From the human T2T-CHM13v2.0 reference genome, Homo sapiens: 64,000 nucleotides of DNA. The translations under genes were made by a program, and so were the position numbers. Positions 41,909 to 63,722 of this stretch are shown piece by piece (within the stretch, counting starts at the first letter, position 1; each line of letters begins with the position of its first letter). Location of the stretch: assembly GCF_009914755.1 (NCBI RefSeq), contig NC_060927.1, one strand, 5' to 3'. The notes under the pieces were generated by a model, which was not told the origin of the DNA, searched no databases, and saw only the letters and a program-made list of their open reading frames with translations.

Positions 41909-43436
41909 CTACCCCAGTGTCAGAAGTTTAATGTAAAAGAAATAACTTTATTAAGGGAAGAATAGCTGTCATAGACCCTTTCCTGCAACTTAGGAATCAT
42001 GAGACCTGTGAACTCTTACTTGCTCCGTAAGTCAGCCTAGGAAGTGACTTAAAAGGCTGTCAGGAAACGCACAGGGGGCTCATTCGCTGCCTGGTGAGAC
42101 CTGGGAGAAATCAAGTCTTCAGAGATGCAAATTAACTGCAGAATACAACCTATTGTTGTATAGATTCAGTTTAAAGAAAAGGCTTTCCTGAATGCAAGAC
42201 AAAATGGACTTTTGAAATGCTGGGGACTGACAGAGAAGTTGAGTACTTCATTCTAGGCTTTCCATATGAAGGGAATTAGGAATTTTAGACTCAGGATCAC
42301 ACTTGTAAGAACACTGTGTTTTGCAACTTCTTCAGGATTGTTTTATTTGACATCTTGTTGCCTACTAATGAGAGCAGTTAACTCAACATTAAAAGCCAGT
42401 ATGTGTGTATTCAGGGCCAATCAGACTGCCCTTCTCATCCCTGAGAATCCCTGGGAAGAGAAATACTTTTTCTAGTGACCAAAGAAAGGAAAACAAGGTG
42501 ATTCCGTGGGAACTGCTACAAGAAGACATAAAGGAAAACGGAGCATGGGCAGTCAGCTGAGCATGAAAAACAGCTGCCTGTCACCCACTGTGGCTTTAGG
42601 GCAGCGGCCTTTCTGACCTTTGGAAGATAAGTGGCTTCCAGAATTTCCGACGCACAGGCTGCACCTCAGACCAATTATGCCATTACTCTAGGGTGACCCA
42701 GGTAACACTTTTGTTTTTTTTAAACAAATTAGGTTCCCAGGTGTTTCCATAATGCAGTCAAGGTTGAGTCCCCTCAAACTTTCAGGTGCTCATGAACCAC
42801 CTGGGGATTTTATTAAAATGCAAATTCTGATTCAGTAGGTCTGGAGCAGGGCCTGAGTTCTGCATTTTCAACTCAGCTCCCAGAAGCTACTTATTCTGCT
42901 GGGGCAGGGGGATCAATGCAATGCAAACCCTTGGACAGACATTAACTCTAGCAGAAGTAGATTCTGCATAATGATTTCAATGCCTACCATTAAGCCAGTG
43001 ATCGACATTTAAGTAGCAGAAATTTAAAAATGTAAATCTTGAAAATCACAGTAAGTTTAGAGTATAATCTAAATGCGTTACTACTGTTTACAAGTCTTTC
43101 AATTTGACAAGGTCTCTGAACTCTCCCCTATCACTTTCCTCTGGCTTACTCTTCTTCAGGGCAGAGTTATTCTTGCTGCTTCTCATACATGCCAGACCCG
43201 TCTTCCCTTCACAGCCTTCAAACTTTCTGCTCCTTGGAATTCTTGCTTAGAATACCTGCCCCTCCATAACCTCATGGCTTGCTCCCTTTTCATTCAGCTC
43301 AAATGTCACCTCTTCAGCCCTTCCCTGAGCACCCATTCTGGAGAGACCACTTTCCCTCTGCTTCTCTGTCTCATAGCCCTCTCCCCACATGGCACTGATA
43401 GCTATTTGAAATTGGTCTGCTTATTTGTTTGCTTAT

Positions 43437-44081
43437 TGACTAAAGGAAACAAAAAAATATTTTACACCAAATATACTTATTTGACATATTTAAAGATGGC
43501 TATTTAGAGAGCCTGAAAACATAAGAATAGCTAAAAAGCTTTTTCTCTTCTCTCCCTCCCATAACCTCTCTTGCCATGCTCTGAGCCCCTCTTCTTTCTG
43601 TAACCTCAGGTGGTATAAAAGCATCAACTATCTGGCCCTTTCTTTTTTTTCACTGTTGTTGCCCAGGCTGGAGTGGTGCAATGGCTCAATCTCGGCACAC
43701 CGCAACCTCCACCTCTTAGGTTCAAGCGATTCTCCTGCCTCAGCCTCCTGAATAGCTGGGATTACAGGCATACACTACCATGCCTGGCTAATTTTGTATT
43801 TTTAGTAAAGACGGGCTTTCTCTGTGTTGGTCAGGCTGGTCTCCAACTCCCGACCTCATGTGATCTGCCCTCCTCAGCCTCCCAAAGTGCTGGGATTACA
43901 GGCGTGAGCCACTACCCCCAGCTTATCTGGCCCTTTCTTTGAGTTTTTAAAATCTGTGTTCCTCCCATGCATGCATGTGTACATTAATGTTTTGTCTGCC
44001 TTTCTCCTTTTAATCAGCCTTTTGTCAGTTGATTTCTAGTGAACCTTCAGAGGGCAAAAGAGATTTGTCTTAGCCCCTACA
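43437..44081 (+). mobile_element. ERV1 solo LTR (MER34/MER39-like) split by an Alu (~43640-43922)
   Basis: aaaatattttacaccaaatatacttatttgacatattt...gtataaaagc...gtgaaccttcagagggcaaa...cccctaca. The Alu TSD tatctggccctttctt appears on both sides. Confidence 0.65.
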
Positions 44082-44844
44082 AGTTTTTCTCTCCCTCCAT
44101 AAGAATATTAACCATGAGAGAAAAGCCTCTGTTCTAGGTCCCTGCTACATTCCCAGATCCTAGAACACAACTGAACCCATAGAAGGACACAGAAGAAAAA
44201 AAAATGAAAGCGAATGGTAAGGCCAGGCGTAGTGGCTCACGCCTGTAATCCCAGCACTTTAGGAGGCTGAGGCAGGCAGATCGCGAGGTCAGGAGTTCAA
44301 GACCAGCCTGGCCAACATGGTGAAAACCCTTTTCTACTAAAAATACAAAAATAAGCTGAGCGTGGTGGCGGGTGCCTGTAATCCCAGCTACTCAGAAGGC
44401 TGAGGCAGAGAATTGCTTGAACCTGGGAGGCAGAGGTTGCAGTGAGCTGAGATCGCGCCACTGCCCTCCAGCCTGGGCAACAGATCAAGACTCCGTCTCA
44501 AAAAAAAAAAAAAAAAAAAAGGAGAAAATGAAGCCAGGCGTGGTAGCTCACGCCTGTAATCTCAGCACTTTGGGATGCCGACGTGGGCAGATTACCTGAG
44601 GTCAGGATTTTGAGACCAGCCTGACCAACAGGGAGAAAACTCATCACTACTAAAAATACAAAAATTAGCTGGGCGTGGTGGTACATGTCTGTAATCCCAG
44701 CTACTCGGGAGGCTGAGGCAGGAGAATCGCTTGAACCCGGGAGTCGGAGGTTGTGGTGAGCCGAGATTGCGCCAGCCTGGGCAACAAGAGCGAAACTCCG
44801 TCTCAACAAAATGAAAAATAATAATAATAATAAAATGAATGATA

Positions 44845-46776
<1,932 letters not shown>

Positions 46777-46785
46777 TTCCATTAG

Positions 46786-47202
<417 letters not shown>

Positions 47203-47628
47203 TGAGGAAACTGAAATTTAGAAAGAAAAATACCCTGTCCTGAGGCACACTGCCAAGAAATAAAAAAGCTAGGATTCAAACATAGATTTTGGACTATGAG
47301 ACTGTTAGTCACTCATTAATATTGTTCTGATAGATATACTTGTTCTGATTTTATACTTTTGCAGATAAGAACATAAAAGCTTAGAGAAGTAAAAGTACAT
47401 ATTCAGAGACACATCATATATGTTCAAGCCAGGATTTGAAGACATGTTTGCATGACTTCAAAAATCATACTTTTTCTTCTGTACACTATGTTAACTACTG
47501 GACTACCCTAATAGACTACCCTAAACTACTTCTGGATCTAAAATACAACAATCAACAAAACCATAGATACGAAAATTGAAAATTATCTGCAGCTCATCCT
47601 AGTCTTCCATATCCAATAATGCCATTAA

Positions 47629-47859
<231 letters not shown>

Positions 47860-47984
47860 TGAACTCCTGACCTCAGCGGACCTGCCAGCCTTGGCCTCCC
47901 ATGCATATATTGCATAATGCTTCTATTGAACCCATCACTCAAATAGTGAACATAGTATTTTTTTTTTTTTTTTTTTGAGACTAA

Positions 47985-48161
<177 letters not shown>

Positions 48162-48194
48162 TGACCTCATGATCCGCCCTCCTCGGCCTCCTAA

Positions 48195-48452
<258 letters not shown>

Positions 48453-49194
48453 TAGCCAGGACGATCTCGATCTCCTGACCTCGTGATCCACCCGCCTCCG
48501 CCTCCCAAAGTGCTGGGATTACAGGCGTGAGCCACCGCGCCTGGCTTGAACATAGTATTCTTAAATATGTTTCTTCTTTTCTTTTCCTTAATTCAGACTG
48601 TTATTTAACCAGTTTTCTTCTGAATTACTGTTACCACTTACTGACTGATAAGGTCTCCCACCTTCCCCTTACCCAGTCCTCACTATTACCCCTAGTTGAG
48701 CCGTCCGAAACACAGATTTTTAGCTAGTCCTTGGCTAGAAAATCTTTATCGTTCTCTATTTTCTATAGAATTAAGTAGACTCCTTCCCTGTCTGTCAAGG
48801 TTTTACATAATCTGTTCTCAAACTGCTTCCATTTGCCACTACACCTTTCAAGGAACACAGTAAATATCTTTTATTCAGCATAGAGAGTGTATTTATTTTT
48901 ATTTATTTATTTTGAGGCAGAGTCTCACTCTGTCCCCCAGGCTGGAGTGCAGTGGCACGATCTTGGCTCACTGTAACCTCGGACTCCTGGGTTCAAGCGA
49001 TTCTCCTACCTCAGCCTCCTGAGCAGCTGGGACTATAGACGCCCACCAGCACCCCTGGCTAATTTTTGTATTTTTAATAGACACGGGGTTTCAACATGTT
49101 GGCCAAGATGGTCTCCATCTCCTGACCTTGTGATCCACCTGCCTCGGCCTCCTAAAGTGCTGGGATTACAGGCATGAGCCACCGTGCCCAGCTG

Positions 49195-50730
49195 TATTTT
49201 TAACTTTTATTTTGAAACAATTTCAAGCTCATAGAAATATTGCAAGAATAGTACAAATAACCACTGTGTACCCTTTAGTCAGATTGACTAATGTTTAACA
49301 TTTTGCTATATTTGCTTTCTCTCTCTCTTTTTATACATGCACGCACACAGACACACACAAAATGTTCTTTCTTTTTAAAAAACAGGATCTTACTTTGTTG
49401 CCCAGGTTGTAATAGAGTGGCATGATCATAGCTCACTGCAGCCTCAATTTCCTGGGCTCAGGCGATTGTCTCACCTTAGCCTCCAGAGTAGCTGGAACTA
49501 CGGTCACTCACTACCATGCCAGGCTAATTTTTTCTAGAGATCGGGTTCCACCATGTTGACCAGGCTGGTCTCAAACTCCTGAGCTCAAGCTATCCACTTG
49601 TCTTGGCCTCCCGAAATGCTGGGATTACACGTGTGAGCCACTGCGCCTGGGCACAAATTTCCTAATCATTTGAGAATAGGATGCATAGATCATGTTTCTT
49701 TCTTCCTCAGCACTTCATTATTTCCTAAGAAGAAGGACGTTTTCTCATGTAACCACGTATCAACCACATATGGTATAGTTATCAAATTCAAATATTGATA
49801 CAATATTTTTGTCTTATCTACAGTCCCTATTTCAATTTTGTAAATTGTCCCAGTAATGTCCTTTACTGCAATTTTAAAAATAAAGTTTAAGGCCAAGCAC
49901 GGTGGCTCATGCCTTTAATCTCAGCACTTAGGGAGGCCAAGTCAGGAGGATGGCTTGAGGCCAGGAGTTCAAGACCATCCTAGGCAGCATAGTGAGACCT
50001 TGTCTCTACAAAAATACATAAATGAAGTTTAAGGGGAAGACATTCTATGACTCAGAATGAGGTGTTGCCTGATGAAAGATAAAAAATCAAGGATTTGGTC
50101 TAGGATTATGTGTTGTACTGATTGCCACATCTCTTCAGTCTTCCTTAATCTGCAACAGATTGTCAGTCTTTTTTGTTTGTTTTCTTTTTCATGACATTGA
50201 CATTTTTGAAGAACATAGTTTAGTTATTAGAATGACTTAATCTGGGATTGTCTGATATTTCTTCACAATTAGATTGACTGAAGGTTTTATTGTGTACAGA
50301 GAGGGGGAGGGGGCTCAGTTCTTGGCAATTTCCTCATAGCAGCCAGGCTGGGTCGCAGCTCCTCCTGCTGCTTCTTGACATGGACGTGTGTTCCCACCCT
50401 TTTCTTGGTGAACTTGAGGGCCCGTTTGGTGCTTGGAGTCCTTGAGCAGCTCCATGGCATGCAGCTCGTAAGGGTGAGAGCCACACACCTCTTGGATCAT
50501 GTCCCTTGGATTTTGTATGCTTGGTGAGGCGCCTGCAGTGGTGGCTGTGCTGTGCCCCGCTCACCTTCTTGGTTGCCCTGGTGGAGGCCATGGGCCATAG
50601 GGTAGCGCAAAGTCCTGGCTGCTGCTCTCCAGGGTAGCTGTGGGAAGGGCCCAGCCACTTGGAACTCTAGGATTCACAGCTAGATCTAAACTATGCATTT
50701 TTGTCTGGAATACTATGCAAGTGATGTGCT
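49195..50730 (-). mobile_element. Old L1M (L1MC/L1ME-like) fragment hosting Alus and the RPL36 retrocopy
   Basis: ttttattttgaaacaatttcaagctcatagaaa...gtctgatatttcttcacaattagat [insert] ...ctatgcatttttgtctggaatact. Confidence 0.65.
50275..50672 (-). pseudogene. RPL36P: RPL36 (60S ribosomal protein eL36) processed pseudogene
   Basis: Minus-strand frames give LRYPMA, RRLTKHTK, MIQEVCG..PYE..AMELLK and [30 protein letters not shown]. The RPL36 5'UTR GGAGAGCAGCAGCC is present with the ATG mutated to AGG. Intronless, frameshifted, AATAAA at 50291-50286, degenerate TSD. Confidence 0.92.
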
Positions 50731-51158
50731 AGTAATAATAACCATGGTTCCATAGCTGTAATATGACTATATGCATAACACAATAAGCCAGAGTGCTTCA
50801 TCTTTTAGTCTCCCACATCGCAGCTTATCCAAGTTGAATCCTATTCGTTTTTAAAGATCAGCCCAAGTTCTACCTATTCGCCAGCTCCCTGCAGCCAACA
50901 CAGAGTTCTCCTTTTCTGAAGTACTCAATCACTTGTCTAATTCACACATTTAGCTACTGCTTAATAATAGGTCTCTGTGCATTGCTTATTATCATTGCAT
51001 AAGTAGACATCTCATTTTCCTGTCCTTGAAGGCAGAAGCTCTGTTTATTTTATTCTCTTGAATACTCCATAGTTCCCACTCAGTGTAAATTTTCAGTAAC
51101 TACAAGCTGTTGCTTAAGAGAGCTTAATGATTTGGGTTTCTCTGATAGTGGTGATTAG

Positions 51159-52872
<1,714 letters not shown>

Positions 52873-52901
<29 letters not shown>
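52873..52901. repeat. (ATCT)n microsatellite in an Alu tail
   Basis: atctatctatctatctatctatctatcta. Confidence 0.9.
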
Positions 52902-52912
52902 CTTATTTTTGA

Positions 52913-53119
<207 letters not shown>

Positions 53120-53462
53120 TGACCTCAGGTGATCCACCCACCTATGCCTCCCAAAGTGCTGGGATTACAGGTGTGAGCCACTGCACCTGGCCGCATTTCC
53201 TTATTTATTATTATTATTACTCTGTTTGTAAGAAAAACAGGTAATATAAGAGCCAATATATTTTTATATTTAAAAAAATTAAGCCAGGGGCAGTGGCTCA
53301 CGCCTGTAATCCCAGCACTTTGGGAGGCTGAGGTGGGCAGAGTACCTGAGGTCGGGAGTACAAGACCAGCCTGACTACCATGGAGAAACCCTGTCTCTAC
53401 TAAAAATACAAAAAACAAAACAGCTGGGCATGATGGCGGGCACCTGTAATCTCAGCTATTCA

Positions 53463-53606
<144 letters not shown>

Positions 53607-53894
53607 TCACATTGTAACAAAATTCAATCTGCACAAAAAGATAAACAGTGAATATCAGTCTCATTTTTATTCCTGACCTTAATCCCCCAGTTGCTCCTCA
53701 AAGGCCACTACCGTTGTCAGTTTCTTGTACATTCTTCCAAATATGTTCTGTGTACCGTCTGTGCTTCAGTTTACTCATCTGCAAATAGGGATAGTAATAG
53801 TGCCTGTCTCACTGGGCTCTTGTGAGGATTAAATGCATTAGCATGTACATAAGCACAACGGTGCCAGTTACAAAGGTGCCATGTACAAACCACT

Positions 53895-54665
<771 letters not shown>

Positions 54666-54724
54666 CATACCTCACGTTTTAAAAGTTTTAAAAATTATTA
54701 TGCATGTACTAGTATGAAGATTAT

Positions 54725-55345
54725 ATATTGGTCTGTCCAATAGACATATAATGTAAGCCATATATGTAATATTAAATTTTCTAGTAGCCACATTTTTAAA
54801 AAAGGAAAAAAAAGAAAACGTTTTAATAATATATTTTATTTACCACAATATATTCAAAATAATATCATTGAAACATGTAATCAAAAAAATATATTTTAAT
54901 AAGGTGTATTCTTTTTTGGTATTAAGTCTTTGAAATTTAGGCTGTATTTTATGCTTACAGAACATCTCAACTGAGACAATTTCTGATTTAAGTGCCTAAT
55001 AGCTACATATCGATAGTAGCTATAGTAGCTAATGTATTTTTTTTTTTTGAGATAGAGTCTTGCTCTGTCGCCCAGGCTATAGTGCAGTGGCCATGATCTC
55101 CGCTCACTGCAACCTCCGTTTCCCAGGTTCAAGCAATTCTCCTGCCTCAGGCTCCTGAGTAGCTGGGATTACAGGCATGCGCCACCACGCCTGTCTAATT
55201 TTTGCATTGTTAGTAGAGATGGGTTTCACCATGTTGGCCAAGCTGGTCTCGAACCCTTGACTTCGTGATCTGCCTGCCTCAGCCTCCCAAAGTGCTAGGA
55301 TTACAGGCGTGAGCCACCGCGCCTGGTTGTAGCTACTGTATTTTA
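54725..55345. mobile_element. MER33/MER3-like hAT-Charlie element with an Alu insertion
   Basis: ctgtccaatagacatataatgtaagccatatatgtaatattaaattttctagtagccacat...aagtgcctaatagctacat. Confidence 0.65.
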
Positions 55346-55640
55346 TAGAGAAAGTCCATGAATTGCAGGTAGAATTTTTTTTTTTTCCTCTATCATCTTA
55401 GGTCCAGCGCTGGGTCTCTGCAAAGTAAATTGACAAAAGACAGATTAATACAGAAATACAACAAATTTAATTGTATGCATGCACAGGAGTTCACAAAAAA
55501 TGTGACTCATGGATGTGGTGGCTGGGTGCAGTGGCTCACGCCTGTAATCCCAGCTCTTTGGGAAGCCAAGGTGGGCGGATCGCCTGAGGTCGGGAGTTTG
55601 AGACCAGCCTGACCAGCAAAGTGAAACCCCATCTCTACTA

Positions 55641-55836
<196 letters not shown>

Positions 55837-56482
55837 TTAAATGCCACAGCAGAAATAGATTTCCAGAACGGTTAATGTAATGTGAGGAGCAAGGGCTTCT
55901 CATTGTTCTTAGGGAAAAGGCTAAATTCCTCTTAGTAGCCCATGTCAGCAGCTGGCCTGCCCTGTCTGCCCTCTGCTGGTTCTGCACCAACCATGCTCAG
56001 GGCCACTTATGGAGTTCTCCCTAGGTTCCCTATGAACCTTTTTAATTCTGCTGGATGCTTCCTCCCACTGACCCTCCAATACATGTGCACACATCTGCCC
56101 CCTTGCCTAGTGAGTAATGTATGAATCAGTTTATTATTTACTTTTTCATTTATTTTTGAGACAGGGTGTCACTCTATTGCCCAGTCTGGAGTACAATGGT
56201 ATGATCATGGCTCACTGTAACCTTGAACTCCTGGGCTCCAGTGATCCTCCTGCCTCAGCCTCCATAGTAGTTAGGACTACAGGTGTGCACCACCACATCC
56301 AGCTAATACATTTTTTTTTTAAGAGATGGGGTCTTGCTATGTTGTCCAGGCCCAGTCTTGAACTCCTGGCCTTAAGTGATCCTCATGCCTTGGCCTCCCA
56401 AACACTGAGATTAAAGATGTAAGCACCCAGCCGGCATCAGTTTAAAGAAAAAAATATATATATGCTTGTGTCCAAATATTGA

Positions 56483-56770
<288 letters not shown>

Positions 56771-57128
56771 TAAAGTGCTGGGATTACAGGTGTGAGCCAC
56801 CATGCCTGATTGGATACAAATATAAAATTATAACTCCTATGTTCACAGTTCATATACAACATCACACCCCAAATAAATTTTACTTAATGGCTATTAACTA
56901 AAAAGAAAGAGACCATATGGCTAGGCACGGTGGCTCACGCCTGTAATCCCAGCACTTTGGGATTACAGGTCTTTTTGAGCTCAACATGACTGGTCTATAG
57001 GTGCTGTGTCATGACACACACCGTTCACCACTCTCCTCTATGTGAACTACTGTGAAACCGTCTTTGTTTCAGCATTCATGATGCACATTTGATCTTCTCT
57101 TGGCAGGAATACAACACATACATATTAA

Positions 57129-57398
<270 letters not shown>

Positions 57399-57758
57399 TG
57401 ATCTGCCTGCCTCGGCCTCCCAAAGTGCTGGGATTACAGGCATGAGCCACCATGCCTGGCCTAAGTTGATATCTTCTTTTCACCTTAGCCTGAGATTACT
57501 ACAGTTGTACTACTTGTGGCCAACTCAGTAAAAAACACACATGTTCAATGTGAGCTTCGGGCAGAACTCAGTTATAAAAAATGATCCAGAAAGTGTTTCT
57601 GTTAATTTTTAAGGTTGTCATCACAGTGAAAACAGAAAATTAAAAGATGTCTCATAGAGAACCCATGGGCCGAAGATTATCTTGAGATAATATTTTTTAT
57701 TTATTTCTGTATGTTCTCTCCAGAGCTCAGAGAGCTCATCTTAAGTAAGATTATGTGA

Positions 57759-57962
<204 letters not shown>

Positions 57963-60431
57963 TGAGTAGCTGGGACTACAGGCACCCGCCACCACGCCCG
58001 GCTAATTTTTGTATTTTTAGTAGAGACAGGGTTTCACCATATATATATACACTTTTTTTTTTTTTTTTTTTTTTTTTTGAGATTGAGTCTCACTTTGTAG
58101 CTCAGGCTGGAGTGCAGTGGCACAATTTCAGCTCACTGCAACCTTGGCTCCCGGGTTCAAATGATTCTTCAGCCTCAGCCTCCCGAGTAGCTGGGACTAC
58201 AGGCATGCACCACCATGCCTGGCTAATTTTTGTATTTTTAGTAGAGACGGCATTTCACCATTTTGGCCAGGCTGATGTCGAACTCCTGAACTCGGGATCC
58301 GCCCGCCTTGGCCTCCCAAAGTGATGGGATTACAGGTGTGAGCCACTGTGCCCGGCCAAAGATATTTAATAAATAGTTTTTGAGTGATTAAGTGAAGCAG
58401 CTACAAATCAAGAGACTGGAGTGCAAGTCCTATCTTTACTTCTGCTTGTGACATTGGCCAGTTATTTATCCTCTAGATCTCCATCTTCATATTCCATAAA
58501 ATGAGACAAGTAGAGTAGATCAGAGATTCCCAAGCTTGGCATCAACTGGAAGGCCATTTAAACAATATAGATTGTGGATTTCCACCTGTAGATATTCTGA
58601 TTTATTAAGTCTAGGGTAAGCCAGATAATCTATTTTTAAAACTCCTGAAGTTACAGTGTGCAGCTGAGGTTGGAAACCACTGAAGTAGCTCCAACATTCT
58701 ATGATTCTTTGTATATATTAGTCCTTAACTTGAATTAAGCATATAGTGATTGAGGCTAAATATTACTAGCTAAATAAATGTGCTAAATATTACAAACATT
58801 GGGACTAGTAATATGAGGAATATTTAGACTTTTCTGACCCTAAGAATGTGCCATTTGGCTGGGAGACATACAAGTCATCTGATATGTTAATGAACACATT
58901 GGTAGCACAGAATGCTGCAAAAGGCAGACAGAAGGCTTTCAACTAAGTCTGATGCTTAGGGAAAGATTGCAAGAGATCAACCTTGACCATTGAAGGAAAG
59001 GTAGGGATTAATCAAGAGGGGAAGGCTTGTAATCAGAAAAGACAAAAGTCCACAGACATGGGAAAATCTAGTTCACCAGAGTCCTGCAAGTGATTCACTA
59101 AAGTTGTAGCACAGCCAGAGGTAGGAAAGTTTAGCATTTTCTGGAAACAGAGTAGTTATTACAGGTCAGTGGCTGAGAGCAAGGATTTTTGAGCCAGAAA
59201 AATCTGGTTTAAATTCTGGTTTTGTTACACACAGCCTCCCTCTGTGACTTGAGAAGATAACTTGTTCACACTCAATTTTCTTATCTGTAAAAGTAGGGCC
59301 AACACCTGTCTTATAAGATTACTATGAAGATTAAGTGAGGCAAAATGAGACAATGTACATACAGCACTTAACACAGTGCCTGGTAGATTGCAACCAAAGA
59401 ATACATCCAACAAAGCAAGTTCATTGCAGCTTTTCTTTGTGTATTTCAATTTTAATGGCTATACAATACTGATATTGTATTTAAACCTTTTTTTAAATGT
59501 AATTATTATTTTCACATAAAAAAATTCAAATGTATAACAGGTTATTCAGGGAAAAGTAAAGATCTTTCTCAAACCTTTGTGTCTGTTCTACTATTTGTTC
59601 TTCCTAGAGGCAACCAGGATATACCATTTTTTAACATGCCCTCTAGAGATATTCTGAAGTACATTTGACATAGCAATAAATTAGAAACAATAAAAATGTT
59701 CATTACTTTGGGAAATGTCTGTGGAATAGCCACCCTTTGGATATTATGTGGCAATTTGAAAAAGCAGGCTGCAAAATATGTGTTCATTGTGATATCTACC
59801 TTTTAAACAAACCCAAAAATATAACATGCAAAATATAATTTTATATTTATATATTATCTAATTATTAAGAATTAGGTGCACTTTGTTTTGGTGTTTTTAC
59901 AGTCTAACATGACTTTTTTATATTTATATATTAATGATACAACAGTTTGCTTAATGAATAAATGTATTTTCTGGTCTGCTAACTTGAGGGAGTTACTCCC
60001 AAAAGTAATTTAGTCATAGTGAAAGGATTGCTGAATAAGTCTGTATGGCTCCAATTTAAAGCCTTACACACTAACACATTGCTTAGAATTCTATGATTGT
60101 CTTTCCTCTGAAGGCCTTGTAATTTTATTATTATAGCCTTCTAGTAGAAACAGCTAGGTGAATGCCTTAGTGTGATGGGGCATAATATATATCCTGAGAT
60201 ATCAATGGCTGTAAGACTCATTGCTGATTTAGTCATAGATGTTTTACTTATACACCACATGCATACATTAATTGAATGGTACATTTGGATTTCAGAAATG
60301 ATCGAATGGAAAAAATCCTGCAGTCAAGTATACATGATATTTAAATGGCATTTCTGTATACTTTGTTAGAGACAAGTGAAAGAGGCAGCTTGTTATACTA
60401 CAGGATTATGAAGACTTTCCATTAAGTATGA

Positions 60432-60788
<357 letters not shown>

Positions 60789-61260
60789 TGATCCATCCAC
60801 CTAGGCCTCCCAAAGTGCTGGGATTACAGGTGTGAGTCACTGTGCCCAGTCTTTTTTTTCTTTTTTTAAGACACAGTCTCACTCTAGGCGTCCCAAAGTG
60901 CTGGGATTACAGGTGTGAGTCACTGTGCCCAGTCTTTTTTTTTCTTTTTTTGAGACAGAGTCTCACTGTGTCACCAAGGCTGGAGTGCAGTGGCACTATC
61001 TTGGCTCACGACAACTTCTCTGCCTCCTGGGTTCAAGAGATTCTCCTGCCTCAGCCTCCCAATTAGCTAGGACTACAGGCGTGTGCTACCACACCTGGCT
61101 AATTTTTGTATTTTTAGTGGAGATGGGGTTTCAACATGTTGGCCAGGCTAGTCTCAAACTCCTGATCTCAAGTGATCCGCCCACCTGGGCCTCCGAACAG
61201 TTTTGTTTTTAGGTACTTAACAATCTATGTATACACTACAAGATTTCTTTTCTGTTTCGT

Positions 61261-61328
61261 CTTCCTTCCTTCCTTCCTTCCTTCCTTCCTTCCTTCCTTC
61301 CTTCCTTCCTTCCTGCCTTCCTTCTTTC
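61261..61328. repeat. (CTTC)n microsatellite in an Alu tail
   Basis: About 13 perfect CTTC units followed by degenerate units. Confidence 0.95.
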
Positions 61329-61332
61329 TTGA

Positions 61333-61494
<162 letters not shown>

Positions 61495-62027
61495 TAGTAG
61501 AGATGGTGATTCACCTGTTGGCCAGGCTGTTCTCGAACTCCTGACCTCAGGTGATCAGCCTACTTCGGCCTCCCAAAGTGCTGGGATTATAGGCATGAGC
61601 CACCATGCCCAGCCTTCTGTTTTCTTTTTTTTGTTTGAGGTGTGTGGTAGTGGAAGAGAATGCATACTGGTCACACTAATGATACTAGAAATCAGATAAT
61701 ATAATACATATGCCATGTTACATGACACACCTAGTGAAGTTTGGGATGGTATAAGTTGTCTAAACACATTAAAATTTGATCATAAAGATATATTTATGTA
61801 TTATATTTATATAATAAATTATATTGTCATAATAAACATACTATATTTAGTTTCATATTGGTTCAGGGCAGGTTGAGCTACCAAATGAGTTTATGCGAAA
61901 CTTACAGAAAGATATTTTATTACAGACATTTGGTTGTGGACTCTTATTCTCTCTCTCTCTAATACACATAAATGTGTATGTGTTTGTATATTGTATGTAT
62001 ATCTATAATATACATATGTACATATAA

Positions 62028-62049
62028 ACACACACACACACACACACAC
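62028..62049. repeat. (AC)11 microsatellite
   Basis: acacacacacacacacacacac. Confidence 0.9.
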
Positions 62050-62977
62050 TTATGTACAGTTCTTATATCCTATATATAGTTCCTGTGTCCAGCCAAAGGT
62101 GTTAGAATCAGTAGCTTTATTATTTAATAAACAACTAAATTTAATGTTCTTTTTCATTCACATGTTTTGTTTGTCTGTGAAGGGCATTTTTCTCTTCTGT
62201 CAAGGTGCAGTGTGGGAACATTGGTGATTTGAAGAAATAATTAGGCTTTCTTTTTCTTAGCAATTCTGCTGTATCAGTAGGGAATGGAAACGACTATTAA
62301 GAACATTCCCAAAGCATAAACTTTACAAACAGACAGAGTCAAATTTGAATCCCAGCTCTACTATTAGTTGGTGTACTAATGACATGTCAACAGGGGCTCA
62401 TGTAAGTCAACCTTGGATACAAGTAGATTGTAAATTGTAGAAGTTGGTTAGTGATTAACTGGGAAAGAGGAAAAGAATAGTGGCTGGAAGAGCAAAAGGA
62501 AAGTAGCTAGATTGTAATACTTTATTTCTTTTTCTTTTCTTTTCTTTTTTTTTTTTGAGTTGGAGTCTCGCTCTGTTGCCCAGGCTGGAGTGCAGCGGCC
62601 AGATCTCTGCTCACTGCAAGCTCCGCCTCCCGGGTTCACACTTCTCCTGCCTCAGCCTCCCGAGTAGCTGGGACTACAGGTGCCTGCCACCACACTCGGC
62701 TAATTTTTTGTATTTTTAGTAGAGATGGGGTTTCACCGTGTTAGCCAGGATGGTCTCGATCTCCTGACCTCGTGATCCACCTACCTCGGCCTCAAAGTGC
62801 TGGGATTACAGGCATGAGCCACTGCGCCTGGCCTATAATACTTTATTTCTTGATTTTGGTGGTTGTTGCACCAGTATGTTAACTGTGATTATTCATCAGG
62901 CTGTATAACCTATGCACAGTATCTTTCCGGGTGTACTATTTATGTATGTATTATTTAATAAAATGTTTATAAGAGTG

Positions 62978-63722
<745 letters not shown>

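Noticed and set aside
50287-50591. Three overlapping ORFs as a functional RPL36 paralogue
   Set aside because: Homology is split across three frames and the start codon is lost.
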